Assembly (NCBI GenBank): GCA_030141605.1
Contig: JAQGDQ010000009.1
Location: 434,001-498,000, forward strand
Reading direction: 5' to 3'
Source of the DNA: Tubiluchus corallicola
Lineage: Eukaryota > Animalia > Priapulida
DNA length: 64,000 nucleotides
This document shows, piece after piece, positions 33,055 through 45,500 of the stretch. The first letter of the stretch is position 1. Every line of letters begins with the position of its first letter. Position numbers and translations under genes: made by a program. The notes under the pieces were generated by a model, which saw only the letters and a program-made list of their open reading frames with translations, was not told where the DNA came from and made no database searches.

Positions 33055-33955
33055 ATAGAATGTTTATCTGTAGACTGCAATGTCTGATGGCTAAGCAGAA
33101 TGTTTTGTTTTAAAACCAAGATCAAGAAGTCATCGAAATAGTAATTAGGGGACTGTAATTAATGTATTTTAGATCCGGCTGTATTCTTGCAAAAACTCTT
33201 ACAAAAAAGAAACAGCAGTATCTTAAATTCTACTGCAATGAATAGCATTATTCTCCTTGAAAAATAATTACTGTGAATACAATGATTTTCACCAAAATAG
33301 AAAAATTCAAAATTTAATGTATTTTATATGAAATTAATGGAGAAAAATAATCTAAAAATGAAATGCTATAATCATTTTGCACAAAATATCTGTTAGATGT
33401 ATAGGTTAGACTTTTTTATATAGGACTAAAGACTTATATGTTGAGACTAAATGTCTAAAACTAAAAAACAAAAAACTGTTTAATTATTTGATAAAACATG
33501 AAATTCAACAAAAAAGTAGTGGGGATGAATAATACTCCCACTAGACATTATTATCTAAATCAAAGTAAAAATGGACTCGAAATTCAAATGCATACTTGAC
33601 TTATTATCGCAACTAAAACTAAATGCTATGACACATTTAACCTAAAAAATGAAGCAATTAAATGAATCTATATATAATGATGACACATTTGCCATCACTG
33701 AAAATTTGCTCTTTGCTCATAAAATTATAACATAACAGAAATAATATAATAAAATAAGAAATCCCTGCATGATAGAATCACAGCATAATTGAAAAAAATC
33801 AATGATTAAAGGCTGATTTCACTTAATAAATATCATCTAAAAATTACTTATGCTTTCCAAAAAATGACATAATTCAACTAATTTAGACATTATTTTTTTA
33901 TATCTTTCATTTTTAATATGACATCAAAATAGTGTCAGTCTCAAGCAGAACACCA

Positions 33956-34161
33956 TCATAACATTGTCACTGAATCATCAATTGCGTCAACTGGAGACAG
34001 ACTCCAACCACCTTTTCCATCCAACCTTAATTCATAATCGTGAAATTGCCGTACACTTTTCCTGTGACCAACACTGATTAGGGTAATTCCTAAGCGCTTG
34101 CACGTGTCATATAATATCTTTTCCATGTCAACAGAAACTGCACTTGTAGCCTCATCAAGAG
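33956..34161 (-). CDS. ABCD4: ABCD4 exon 17 (Walker B, H-loop, stop)
   Basis: [54 protein letters not shown]...ML*. Confidence 0.96.
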
Positions 34162-37100
34162 CTAAAAAACAAAATCATGTCACTGTGAAATTTTTGTACA
34201 GATGTCATTTGCACTATGACATGGTGTTAATACAAAAATAACAATAATATTACATGAAAAAGTGTAAAATGAAAAGCACGCTGTGAAAACAGCTTCAGTA
34301 CAATGTCTCTTTTTTTAGTTTTGTAACTTTTCCTAGAGGAAGTAAAGATATTTCAGCCATTTTATGGACTTTATTAAATTATGATGCACGATTATATGCT
34401 GCCAAAACATAAAAAGTAAATTTTGGACAAAAAAAATGACAGCATTCGTTCGAAATTGATAATACAATATTCCACACCCTAAAGAATGAAAACAATATGG
34501 CAAGTCATACAATTATTACATTTCACTACTAAGAAAGTAAAAAGAAGTTTCTAGTAAAAACTCCACGATTTTTCAAAATAATGCTGGACCAGTAAACACA
34601 ATGGAGCAAAAACATATCATTGATTAGTACTCATGTTATTCCTGCTATAATTTATTTCATCATAAAACCGATTACCCTGCAATCGATGTGTCACTCAACA
34701 TAATGAAGATGTTAATCACTGCTCATACTCTCTTATACATAATTAATGAGATTTTTATGCTTATTGCAAAGCAAGCAGCACTCCGCTCAATGCCACCAAT
34801 GTCTTCAGATCAGACTTGGTTCACGGAAATTCAGAAGACCGAAGAGCTACAATATTCAGCAGTTCAATACACGGTGTTTCCAGTAAGTCATACCTCATTC
34901 AAAACAGACCTCAGCTGGCGTGCATTATTGGAACATAAAGGAAAAGTTGTGCAGTCAGAAGACCTGAGAAAAGACTGGAATTTTGAGCAACAGGACGAAA
35001 ACCAACCGTTCAAATATGTGAAAAAAGACAAACCTTGGGGTGAGCTGTATCGCCAAGTAAGCCGTCCATATGGTGGTGAGTTTATAAAAACTATTGACAT
35101 TGTGCACGATAAGGAACCTGTTGAAACTGACGAACAAGAGAGCCTGCAGTTGGAAAAGACAGATGGTAAGACGAAGTCTCTAGTTTGCTACAGCACTAAG
35201 AAAAGAACACGACGCCCCCAAATGTGGAGGTCGAATTATGGATGCCACTACCCATGCCACTATGAGTGCAAGACAATCTGTCATAATAGTCCGGTAAGTT
35301 AAACAGCAAGTAAATCAGTCTATGCAAAACTTAAAACACAGTAAATTAAAACAAAATAAATTGTTTTACTTTGCTATTTATGTTGTTTGAATGACTGAAG
35401 TTTTGAATATCAATCAGTTTGAATGGCTAATTGTTAAAAAATAACCTCAATTAAATATTTCATATAGGCAAGTAAACACAAAATTAGTCAACGATATAAT
35501 CTACATATACATATTTAGCAGCACGATAAGAATACAAATTTTAATAAATGAGAGCTTTTCCAATTATTATACTGAGCACTATAAATAACCCCTTGGGAGT
35601 ATGAACCATTCATCTGCAATAATCAGCAAAACTAAATTAATTTTAAATTAATTAAAATACTGTCCATGAAACTGCTCAAACGTTTTTGCAAAAACTCTAT
35701 TTTACAAACTAAGCTTATGAGTATATTAAACCAGCCGGACCAGTTGGTCAGCAAAACTAAATACAGTCATTACTATTATGCGTACTCCACCCTCACCCCA
35801 ACAGTAAGCTACATGGCCGATTCTTCAATATAAATACGAGTAACCAATTAAATCAATACTGAAAACATCAAGACGCATGATCAAACTGCAGGTCACAGAT
35901 TGCTTTCATGCATGCACTTGTGATGCATTATTAATTTTCAACTTGGCAACATTACTTTGTAATTAAGTTGCAGTTGTAGCGAGTGCAGGTGAATAATTAA
36001 GGTGAATAATTAACTACAGGTCATTAGGGATTAGAGGCGGTAGATTTCACGATGAAGATTATTGATTATGCTTGCTCATACGCCATTCACAGCTTATAAC
36101 AAACTGATTCCTCAAAAGTGCGTATTAGATCAAGTGGCACGCAGAAAATGTGCCAAAGCTTTGCGACATTATAAAAAGACAGTAATAGTATAGCTTGAAA
36201 ACTACAATGCTAACACTTATGTGTAAACTAAACACCAAAAATCTTAGGTAGTTTCCTTAGATTTTTCGAAAGATACAGAAGTTTAGAACAAGTAAAAAAA
36301 TGCCGGAAAAAATTTGCGTGCCACTACTATTAATATTCACAGTTAGTGCTTACGTGTGTCCACTGCAATCTAGATGAAAGCGTATCTTCCAACAGCTGAC
36401 ACAGTTTTTTGCTTCTTTACGGGGTATTCGAATTCTTACATTTTTAAAGGATATTTGGTTTCTTAGTTCTTTAAGAGGTATTTAGTCACAGCCCTCCCAA
36501 TTTTTGGCTTTAATCCTCTAACTAAAACAGCTCTGTGTGGCCGTCGTGCACTTTCTCTGGGAAGTCCAGGTACCGTTGTTCATAGGACTAAGTTCCATTT
36601 TTTCTTCACAACAAACTTTATTTTCTGTGGAGAAGATCATGATGTAAGAAGGTCGACTCTTTTGTCTGCTGGCATGTAATGACTGCTTTAAATATGTCAA
36701 TGATTACTAGCTGACGTTGTTCTGGCATTTAGTTTTATAGCATGCAAAAGTTTTTCGCCCATCACTTAAAAACTGTTAAAACTATAAATTTGCAGCTTAT
36801 AAAAACAAAAACGAATGAATTGCAGTATTATGCAATGAAATTTCAACTTTGTACAGTACTCACTTCTAATATTACTGTAGTTTACATCTCAGTACTCCGA
36901 GCTTCATGTATGTCATGAACCAGCCGACCATGCACAGCGTGTGCCTGTGTGCTTAGCAAATGAAGTTAAATAGCACTAAGCCTAGCTTATAAATGGATAG
37001 GTAGCGGCAAGAAAATCCCTTCAGGGCAGTTTCGTATACCATGATGCTCCAGTTGTTTATTTTGTAGAGGAAAGATATACATATAGCCCAAACAGGTAAC

Positions 37101-39496
37101 TCGTCTCAGAAAATTGAAGTGCACGAAAACACTCTTCTTAAATAGGATAAAGCTTAAAAAAATTGTCATGAAATTTTATATCACTTACATGCTGTCATAT
37201 TGCATACAGAGCTTGCATTAATAGTAATGCTGAATAAAACTTGAACTCCGGCAATGACCTAAGTCATTTGAAACAAGTTTATATAACATTGTGTACAGGT
37301 TAGAAAAATATCAGAACATTTGCAGTACACTCTTCACTAACTAAGCAAAGCAACTTGACAATAAAATGAATTATTGGTTTTTTTGGTGAGGCTGTGATGT
37401 TTTACCAGTTGACACAAACATTTTAAATTACTAAAAATTTGCTTTTCTAAAAACCTTCCTTTGTCCTTCAAAGGATAAGCATAATGCTAGGTAATATAAA
37501 TTTGTGTGGAATATTTTTGGGACATACTTTAAAATTCCCTTTTCTGCCCCTTTAGCTTTAATGAGCAACATCCTAGTCCTAACATGAGCATAACCATAAT
37601 AAATAAGCCTTGGCAATAAATGTTAAATGTGAGCATGGCAGTGTGTCAGACTGTATGAAAATAAACAAGCTTACAACAGAAAAGACACCAAAATAGACAC
37701 AATGTTTTCTTTTGTAGGCAGAGACCCAAAGATTTCACAAGTTCCTGGAGAGCAAGCAATTATATGATTCAGTTTCTGCAGAAGCTTGGTTTAAAGGCAA
37801 TGACAAGCTAATATCTCACTTAAACAACCAGGTTTGAATATTTGAATGAAATTCTAGCGTTACAATCCCCTTATTATTTTAATTAAATAAATGCTAACTG
37901 CGACTGCTTTCTTTACACAAATGCTAACAATTTACTACTTTTTTGACTAATGGAAAATTCTGGACATTGTCAGCTTAAGCATAGTACAAATGCAAAAACC
38001 TCTCATGCTATCAACTATTCAATGACTTAAATACTGAAAATGCAAGGCAGTTACAAACGCGTAATTTCTCATGCTTGCGCTTTTTGACAAGGCAATAAGG
38101 CTTAGTGGAAACCACAACGTTTTGTAATGAACAAAACATGTCAGCAGCTATATTTGCTTCCAGATTAGTCACCTTCAACATGACAACCAGGATCTTAAAG
38201 ATCGACTCCGAGACAGTAAAATGAAGCTGAAGGATCAAGCAGGAGAGCTTATAGAAAAATCAGCTGTAAGATTCATCTTTTCTATAAAAACAAATATTCT
38301 GGACATGCAGAAAACGTGCCCAAGTTTTGATAATGGTATTATAAAAAGAAAATAACTGCGTCTCTTAAACATTGACACGCTGATGTTGTATGGGCTTTTG
38401 TATAAACATCAAAATTTTAGGTCATTTCCTTAGATGTTTCCGGAAACAAAAGTCTTAAATCAACAAGTCAAAAAATAAATACCAGAAAAAATTTGTATGT
38501 CGCTATTGTTCAAATTCACAGCAAGTGTTCTATGTGTCCACCATTTTCACTGCAAATTATACGAAGATGTTTCTTTCAGTAGAGAAAAACTTTTAACTTT
38601 AGTTCCTTTGCAACAAAGTGATCAACAACTCTGTGCGGCCGTCGTACACTTTTCGTAGGCCAGAGGATTAACCCCCATTTTTGACAACAAATCTTTATCA
38701 CGTCTTTATGTACTCTGGTGATGACCATGATGCTATCTGGTTGATTACCTTATTCTTTTTCTGCTATGTATTGAGCGCTTTATACATCAATGTGCCTGTT
38801 TTTCAACTGATGATTAGGTGACATTGTTCTGGCATTTAATTTGTAACATACAAAAGCTTTTCGGCCATAGCCATAAAACCACTAAAGTTATAAGTTGTAA
38901 CTACCACAGTCAAAAGCAAATTTATTTTAATACCATGCTCTGAAATTTTATCTTTATACATTACTCGCTTCTACTAGAATTGCAGGCTATACTTCTGCAC
39001 ATTTTTTCTGCACCACCCTATATGCTGAACTTGGCCGCAAAAACTTCAAATTACAGTAGTAGACATACTATGAGAACTGCCAACTTGGCACAATTACAAT
39101 AAGGCATAAACTCACTAATTAATCACCACCTCTTGTGACAGCCAGCTTGAAATTCTAATGATGAATTTCTTATTGAAACAGTCCCGAATTATTCAATTGT
39201 ATCTAAAATTTTAAAGATCGATATGCGCACCCAATGCAGCTGTGCAATTTATTTTACACTATAAAAAAACTATATAAGTAATTATAATCACTTTGGATTT
39301 GAGTCACACAAAGTAGCTTTCTACTACACTATGTCTATTATGCTAATGTAATATTCCTATTACACACGTAGTTTTGAAGCAAAAATGTTAGTTTCAATCC
39401 CTATATATATATTTTTACAGGATGATATAATGTATATATACACATTATATTATCCTGTAAAAATTAAAATACATATTTTTACAGGATGATATAATG

Positions 39497-39527
<31 letters not shown>

Positions 39528-42500
39528 TATATTATCCTGTAAAAATTAAAATACATGCAACTTTTTAACAGGAAATAAAGCATCTGGAGCATGACATCCG
39601 AGAAATGGAAAGCATGACAAAAAGGCTGGAAGATGAACGCGTCAAAACCTTGGAATCAGCAGATTGGGATCTTAGCCGTGCAAAGGTGCATGTTTGGCGA
39701 GTTACACTTTTATACACTTTTTATACTGTTTCGTAGCTTGACACAGGGCATACCTAAAGGTAAAGTGAATAAGAGATGAGAACTTGGCAAAAAAGTTGCA
39801 TTTAAGATTTGCAGACCTGAGAAACCATTTCACGTAAAAATGAGTATAAAACGTAGAAAGCCTGGGGATCATCTTGCCCTTGGCAGGGGTCTGGGGGGCA
39901 CATAATGGTCAGAAATGGGTATCAAAATCAAATTATCAAAAAAAGAGACAGAAAAAGTAAAAAAAATAGGGTAATTTTTTGGCACTACTGAGCTTTTTTA
40001 TTATGTTGTTAGTGCAGTTCACTGTGCTTTATATATAAATACATTCTTTCTTGTACACATGAAAAAAGCTCACTAACACATAAAAGCATTTAGTTTACAA
40101 TAACTGTAATGCCCTTTAGTATAATATGCATCACGAGACTCATGAACACTGTTGGACTATTGAGAATATTACTACTAATTGTGTCACTGTTGATGGCAAA
40201 GTAAGCCTGGTGATTTTGAATGTGAAGTTGTAAATGCGTATGAACTGAAATTTGAAGTGTGGGCTCATGTGGAAGACTGGTCAAAATGGTAGGCAGTGCC
40301 TATTTTAGAAGCATGACAATAAATCAAACGTAATTACTTTTTAAAGTTAACAAACAACATATCCTTTTAAAAACAAAAAGAACTTTTCCCAACAGTATCA
40401 GTATGACTAATGAGTACAGAAAGTAGTTTTTATTTGTGTGGTACTATGTACAGAATAATTATACAATAGCAATACAAAACATTTGGCACTGGCCCCGAAA
40501 TAATTTACAGCACGGGGAAAAATTGTACAGTACCCAGTAATGTACTATAACTTTTTATGAAGTAAAATAACAGAATATTTTAGCAGATTATTGTGAATAA
40601 AAAGTGATAAAGGGAAATTTCTTCAAACCGGGCTGCACGTTTTCTCAAAGCATCAAACAATTTAAAATTCAACTTGTTTTAATTTTACACAGCGGGATAT
40701 ACAAAAGTCACTCCACCAGATCACCGACCTTGAAGCAGATAACGAAGAGCTTCACAAAGAAAACATTAAGCTAAAAGAAGAATTGGACAGTCTTAGAACT
40801 GATGTGATTGACAAGTTGGAAGAATTGTTAGAAGAAGTTACATATGACAAACACATGCTGGAAAGCAAAGTCAATCGACTGTTAGATAATGGTAAAATAT
40901 AGAATTTTGATATATGAAAATCAAACAGTAATTGAATCCATTGCTAAGTAATTTGCTTGCTGAAACTCAGAAACTGTCTGGTAACATACTGTGTAATAAT
41001 AAAAGCCAAGTCACATTATTGCTGTAAATTATTATAACTTACCAGGTTTTTTAACACATTTGCAGCGGATCAAAGTTATTATTTAAATAAATATTATTTC
41101 AGAAAAAGACCTAGTCATGGAAATCAACAGACTGAGGGCTGGCAGATTTGGGCAGCATTCTCCGGTCCGATATCATGCCTCTTCGCCAACGAGGGCGTAC
41201 CGATCACGGCAAACCAAAAAATCTGACAACACAAAGTCAGACCAAGGTGCGACAGATCAGTACAACACACAGTCTGTGCAGCATGTGTTGCAAAGATGGC
41301 GAAGCAAGATTAGAACGCCACCCAGTGGCCGACATTCAAATCCATCTAGGTGAATGTGACCATTGACCGAAAAAACGCTTTTAAAAAAAATTATGTCCGC
41401 CTGAAGATATAACGCGATGAGCTAATAAATAACACAATTGATATGCAGCTGTTGTTTGTGTAATTGTCCTTTACAGAGACTATGGCACATCAAATGTACC
41501 TTATGAAAACAGACATTCTGGTAATTACTTACGCTGTATTGTATAAAAGCAATTAAAAATGTTTGTATGGAAACAATTTCACTTATTTTACCACTCAATA
41601 CACGTACAGTGTATAGCGTAGATAAAATCACTAGATGAATCATTAAATCAAGAAATTATTTTGCACACAATGTTATAATTATTTTACAGCACACAAACAA
41701 GATAGACAAACAGGGACAAGGATTTGCTCGTAAATTTTTCTTCAGCTGCACGAAAAAATGTAATAGATATAACAACTGACATTTTACTGCACTACAGAAA
41801 TACTTCCAAAACATCTTTAAAGCTGTGATAATTTGGCAAAATGTTTAAAACCAGTCCCAAAAATTTCTTTCTTGGACCCCTTTTAATATCAGACCTCAAT
41901 TTATACAAGAAGTAAACCATATATAAAAAAAACGGTGTCATATCTATATATATATCTTCAGGTGTGTATTATTTTCTTTAAAAGACATGTTTTGATTTTG
42001 TTTTGACAAACAAGTGATGTTTTCACAAAGCTTGAATACTCTGGAGAAAATTACTAATGCTAAAGTCAAAAGATGGTCACTAAGAGAATCAGCATTTTAT
42101 TTGAGGCTATGAGTCATATTCTCAAAATATTGTGTGTTGCAATTTGTTGTCTGAAAATAATTCTCAAGTGCTACTGTCGAGAAAAATACAAGCTAATTTC
42201 CTGCTGCTAGGCAGAATTTTACTATGGCAAAATACGTATCACTAAGAGAACATGGCAAATACAAACCGCACAAAAATTTTTACTTTTTAAGAACTACAAC
42301 GAATTCTTTTTCACTACAATATTATTGTAATGAACAAGATTATTGTGTAATGATTAAAATAATGAAGATGCATAACCGTGTCCTTATCTATGCTTACAAA
42401 AATTTTTCAAAATATTTTTCTCAAGCGTTTCAAAAACACGTACAGGTAGCATCTTTGTTTTTGAGAAAACGTAGATTTCCAAGTACTAAACAACTTTGGG

Positions 42501-45500
42501 CTTTAGTTAGCAGTCCTTGACTAAAAATAATCCCATGGCTGGGTGTTCCTGCAGATAAAAATGCGACAGCAAAATATAAGAACCATGTACAACTTTTAAT
42601 TCTTGTCAGAGCTCCACAGAGAAAGGAGAACATAACTCTGTTTCGTCATAAATCAAAAGTGAAGTGTCAGATGGGCTTGCATGGACAGTAAAAAATCTGA
42701 TTAATCACAATGTATTTCATTAGTTTTACTCTCACAGCATTTCCTCTTGTTTCTCTCTGTAGAATGAACCCAGACAACAAGAAAAGAAATCTCAAAGACA
42801 AACCAGGAAACTCCGACAATAGCCAAACAAAGCAGCTCATGTCCATCACAAGCCTCGATACCCGACCATCTAACACAGAAGCTGGAAACAGCACTGGTAC
42901 TGACCTAGAGTGGTCAATTGGCGATGACGAAAGACCTCAGTCTCCAGCAAAGAGTGTTGGATGGGACTTGATAGAACAGCCACGATCTGCACTTAGAGAC
43001 AGCCAGGGTAAGAAAACGACAACCGAACGCAGCGTTAGGATAGATGCAGACACTCCCCCACTGTTTGCTAGAAGCAGCTCAAAATCTGATCTCTATGACA
43101 GTAGATATGCCTACAGCGATGAAGATTCGTATTCATCTTCATATAAATAATAGCATGCACATTTGCACAGTTTTCACAAACCACTAATCATGGCTCAAAT
43201 ACTGACAATAGAAATGAAACAAAAAAGCACAGCAATTAATCATAGATGTCACAAGCTTTGACAATTTTCACAAGGGAGAAAGTATGACACAACTTGTGAA
43301 TGTTGTGCAGTGAACTTATAAATAAATAAATAATAAATAATATAAATTAACAACCTAAAGGAGAAATGGCCATTGGCACTAAAGCTTTTGTCTAACAGAG
43401 ATAATTAAGTATAATGTTTTTGAAAAATATTTATCTTACTAAAAATTTGCTTAAACTCTCTTGAAAGTTAGAACACTCTATTAAAATTGTCAAGAAATAT
43501 TTTAAAACGATGTACAAATTTACTGTATGCTTACCTGCAAATACAGGCGAGTGAAAAAATAGGCGGACAAAAGACAATCGCTGCATCTCCCCAGGTGATA
43601 ATACATCATACCTGTCAACAAAAAGGAAATCATCTTAAACCAACAAAAACTAAATAATTTAAATGAGATAAATACAATAAAATTTTTTACTTTAGAAGTT
43701 ATCAATTTCCAAAATGTAACAAGTGTAGTAGATTTATCATAGGCAAGTTGCCTTCTTATGTGATTCCCAAACATGCATTTAATATATAACTTATCATTAT
43801 TATGCATTTTAAAGTTTATGCTTATATGCTTAAATCATTAATTTAAGGAATATCACATTTAAAATATACTTACATTTATAAAGTAGTGTCGTATAATTGA
43901 TGGGAGTATTGAGAAAACATATTACTACCTTTAGCGACTTAGTGTTAAGCATTAGTGCTGTATCAGTGCATACATTATGATATTTAGTGTAAGACTAGGA
44001 ACAATTAGTTATTTTTGTCAGTTAAGCAATAGCACAAACACTTTCTGACGTGAATTTTCTTGGTGTTTTAAGTCTCCACTACATACTGTGTGTCAATCAA
44101 ACTTAAAAAATCTTTTATACACTTGTGCAAATTGATTAATGCAAGATGGCATTTCAATGACAGCTAGCATTAACTCATACATCCGTAATGCATTGACTTT
44201 TACATTGCTTGATGAGCTTGCTACACTTTAAGCAGCACATTTTAGCACCACGTATTTAATTTTTTACTTACAATAAATTCCTACACAAGTAATATCACAG
44301 TTAGTAAATTATATATCTCTGACCTAGCAGTTAAAATGTGTTGCAATTTAGTGACTGTAGATTTGATACGCTGTTCTGCATTAAATTTTCTGATGAAAAA
44401 TATGGTGGTTACTGCTGGTGGTATCTTTATCTTATCTTTGCTCTACCCTCACTGCCGCATTTATGTTTAACCTCTTTTTAAATATCTGGCAGCTCACAAA
44501 TGGTCAACTGCCCATGGGGACAAATAAATGATCTGATGATCTAGCTTAACATACATGCAGATAAGACAGTACATGTGTTACACGGCACAGCACAAGCTAT
44601 GCAAGAAAATCGGATGATGACATAGTTATTTTTATACAGTTGCGCACGATGCAGTCAGATTCCAGCACTCAATGACAGCCTCTACCACTAATAATGAATA
44701 GTTGTGGCAGGACCATAACCTACTCATAATCAACAAGGATCACATAAAATGAGACACTCAATTAGCACAAGCTCTCAACCAATTTCGGATAATAATGTAA
44801 ACTATACAAGCGCCTCCAACAAGAGAAACAGATGAGGAGTACGGCATATAAAACTGCCTCGAAGTATTCTGGGTGGTCACCCATCCATTTACTGACCAGG
44901 TTAGACACTACTTAAATTTTATGGCAAAGCATACACCATGACACGGTTTAGTAAAGAGTGCTATATACCAATTCCAGTCAGGGTCATTGTCCAATCCACC
45001 TGTCCTGTCCAGCAAACTGACCATGTCTACAACATGCAGATATTCCATAATTTCAGTGTCTTCTTTTGAACCTAGAAATTGAATAACTTATTAACAGGAA
45101 AGTGAGGAAAAAACTCAGAATTACAAGCAGTTTAACTTTTTCCCAGAAATGTCGCATTAATATACCTGTTAAATTTTAAACACTCCAACTTTTTGTATCG
45201 TTGCTACTGCAGATCATTTAAATATTCAAATATTGATGAAACCAAACTGTAAAGCAAGACCTCACAAATCTATGTTTAGATACATTTCACGCTTGTGTAC
45301 ATTTTATCACATTTCATTTCAAAACAAACTTCTGGGAGTGAAAACTGAGTTTTTAACCAAACGACAAAGTAAAAAATAATAGATCAATGAGAAGAAAAAA
45401 TAAAAAATTCATACCAAAATGCGAATATATATCTTTGTGTGGGTATATGACCTGTGAAAAAACAATAATAGTAAAACACTGTCTAAAAACCAAGTATAAA

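Noticed and set aside
28804-40370. ATATCCTT U12-type donor motifs
   Set aside because: Not at any reconstructed exon boundary; all modelled introns are ordinary GT-AG
34688-43150. Three independent single-exon genes (34688, 41117, 42710)
   Set aside because: They carry phase-matched splice sites and join into one gene
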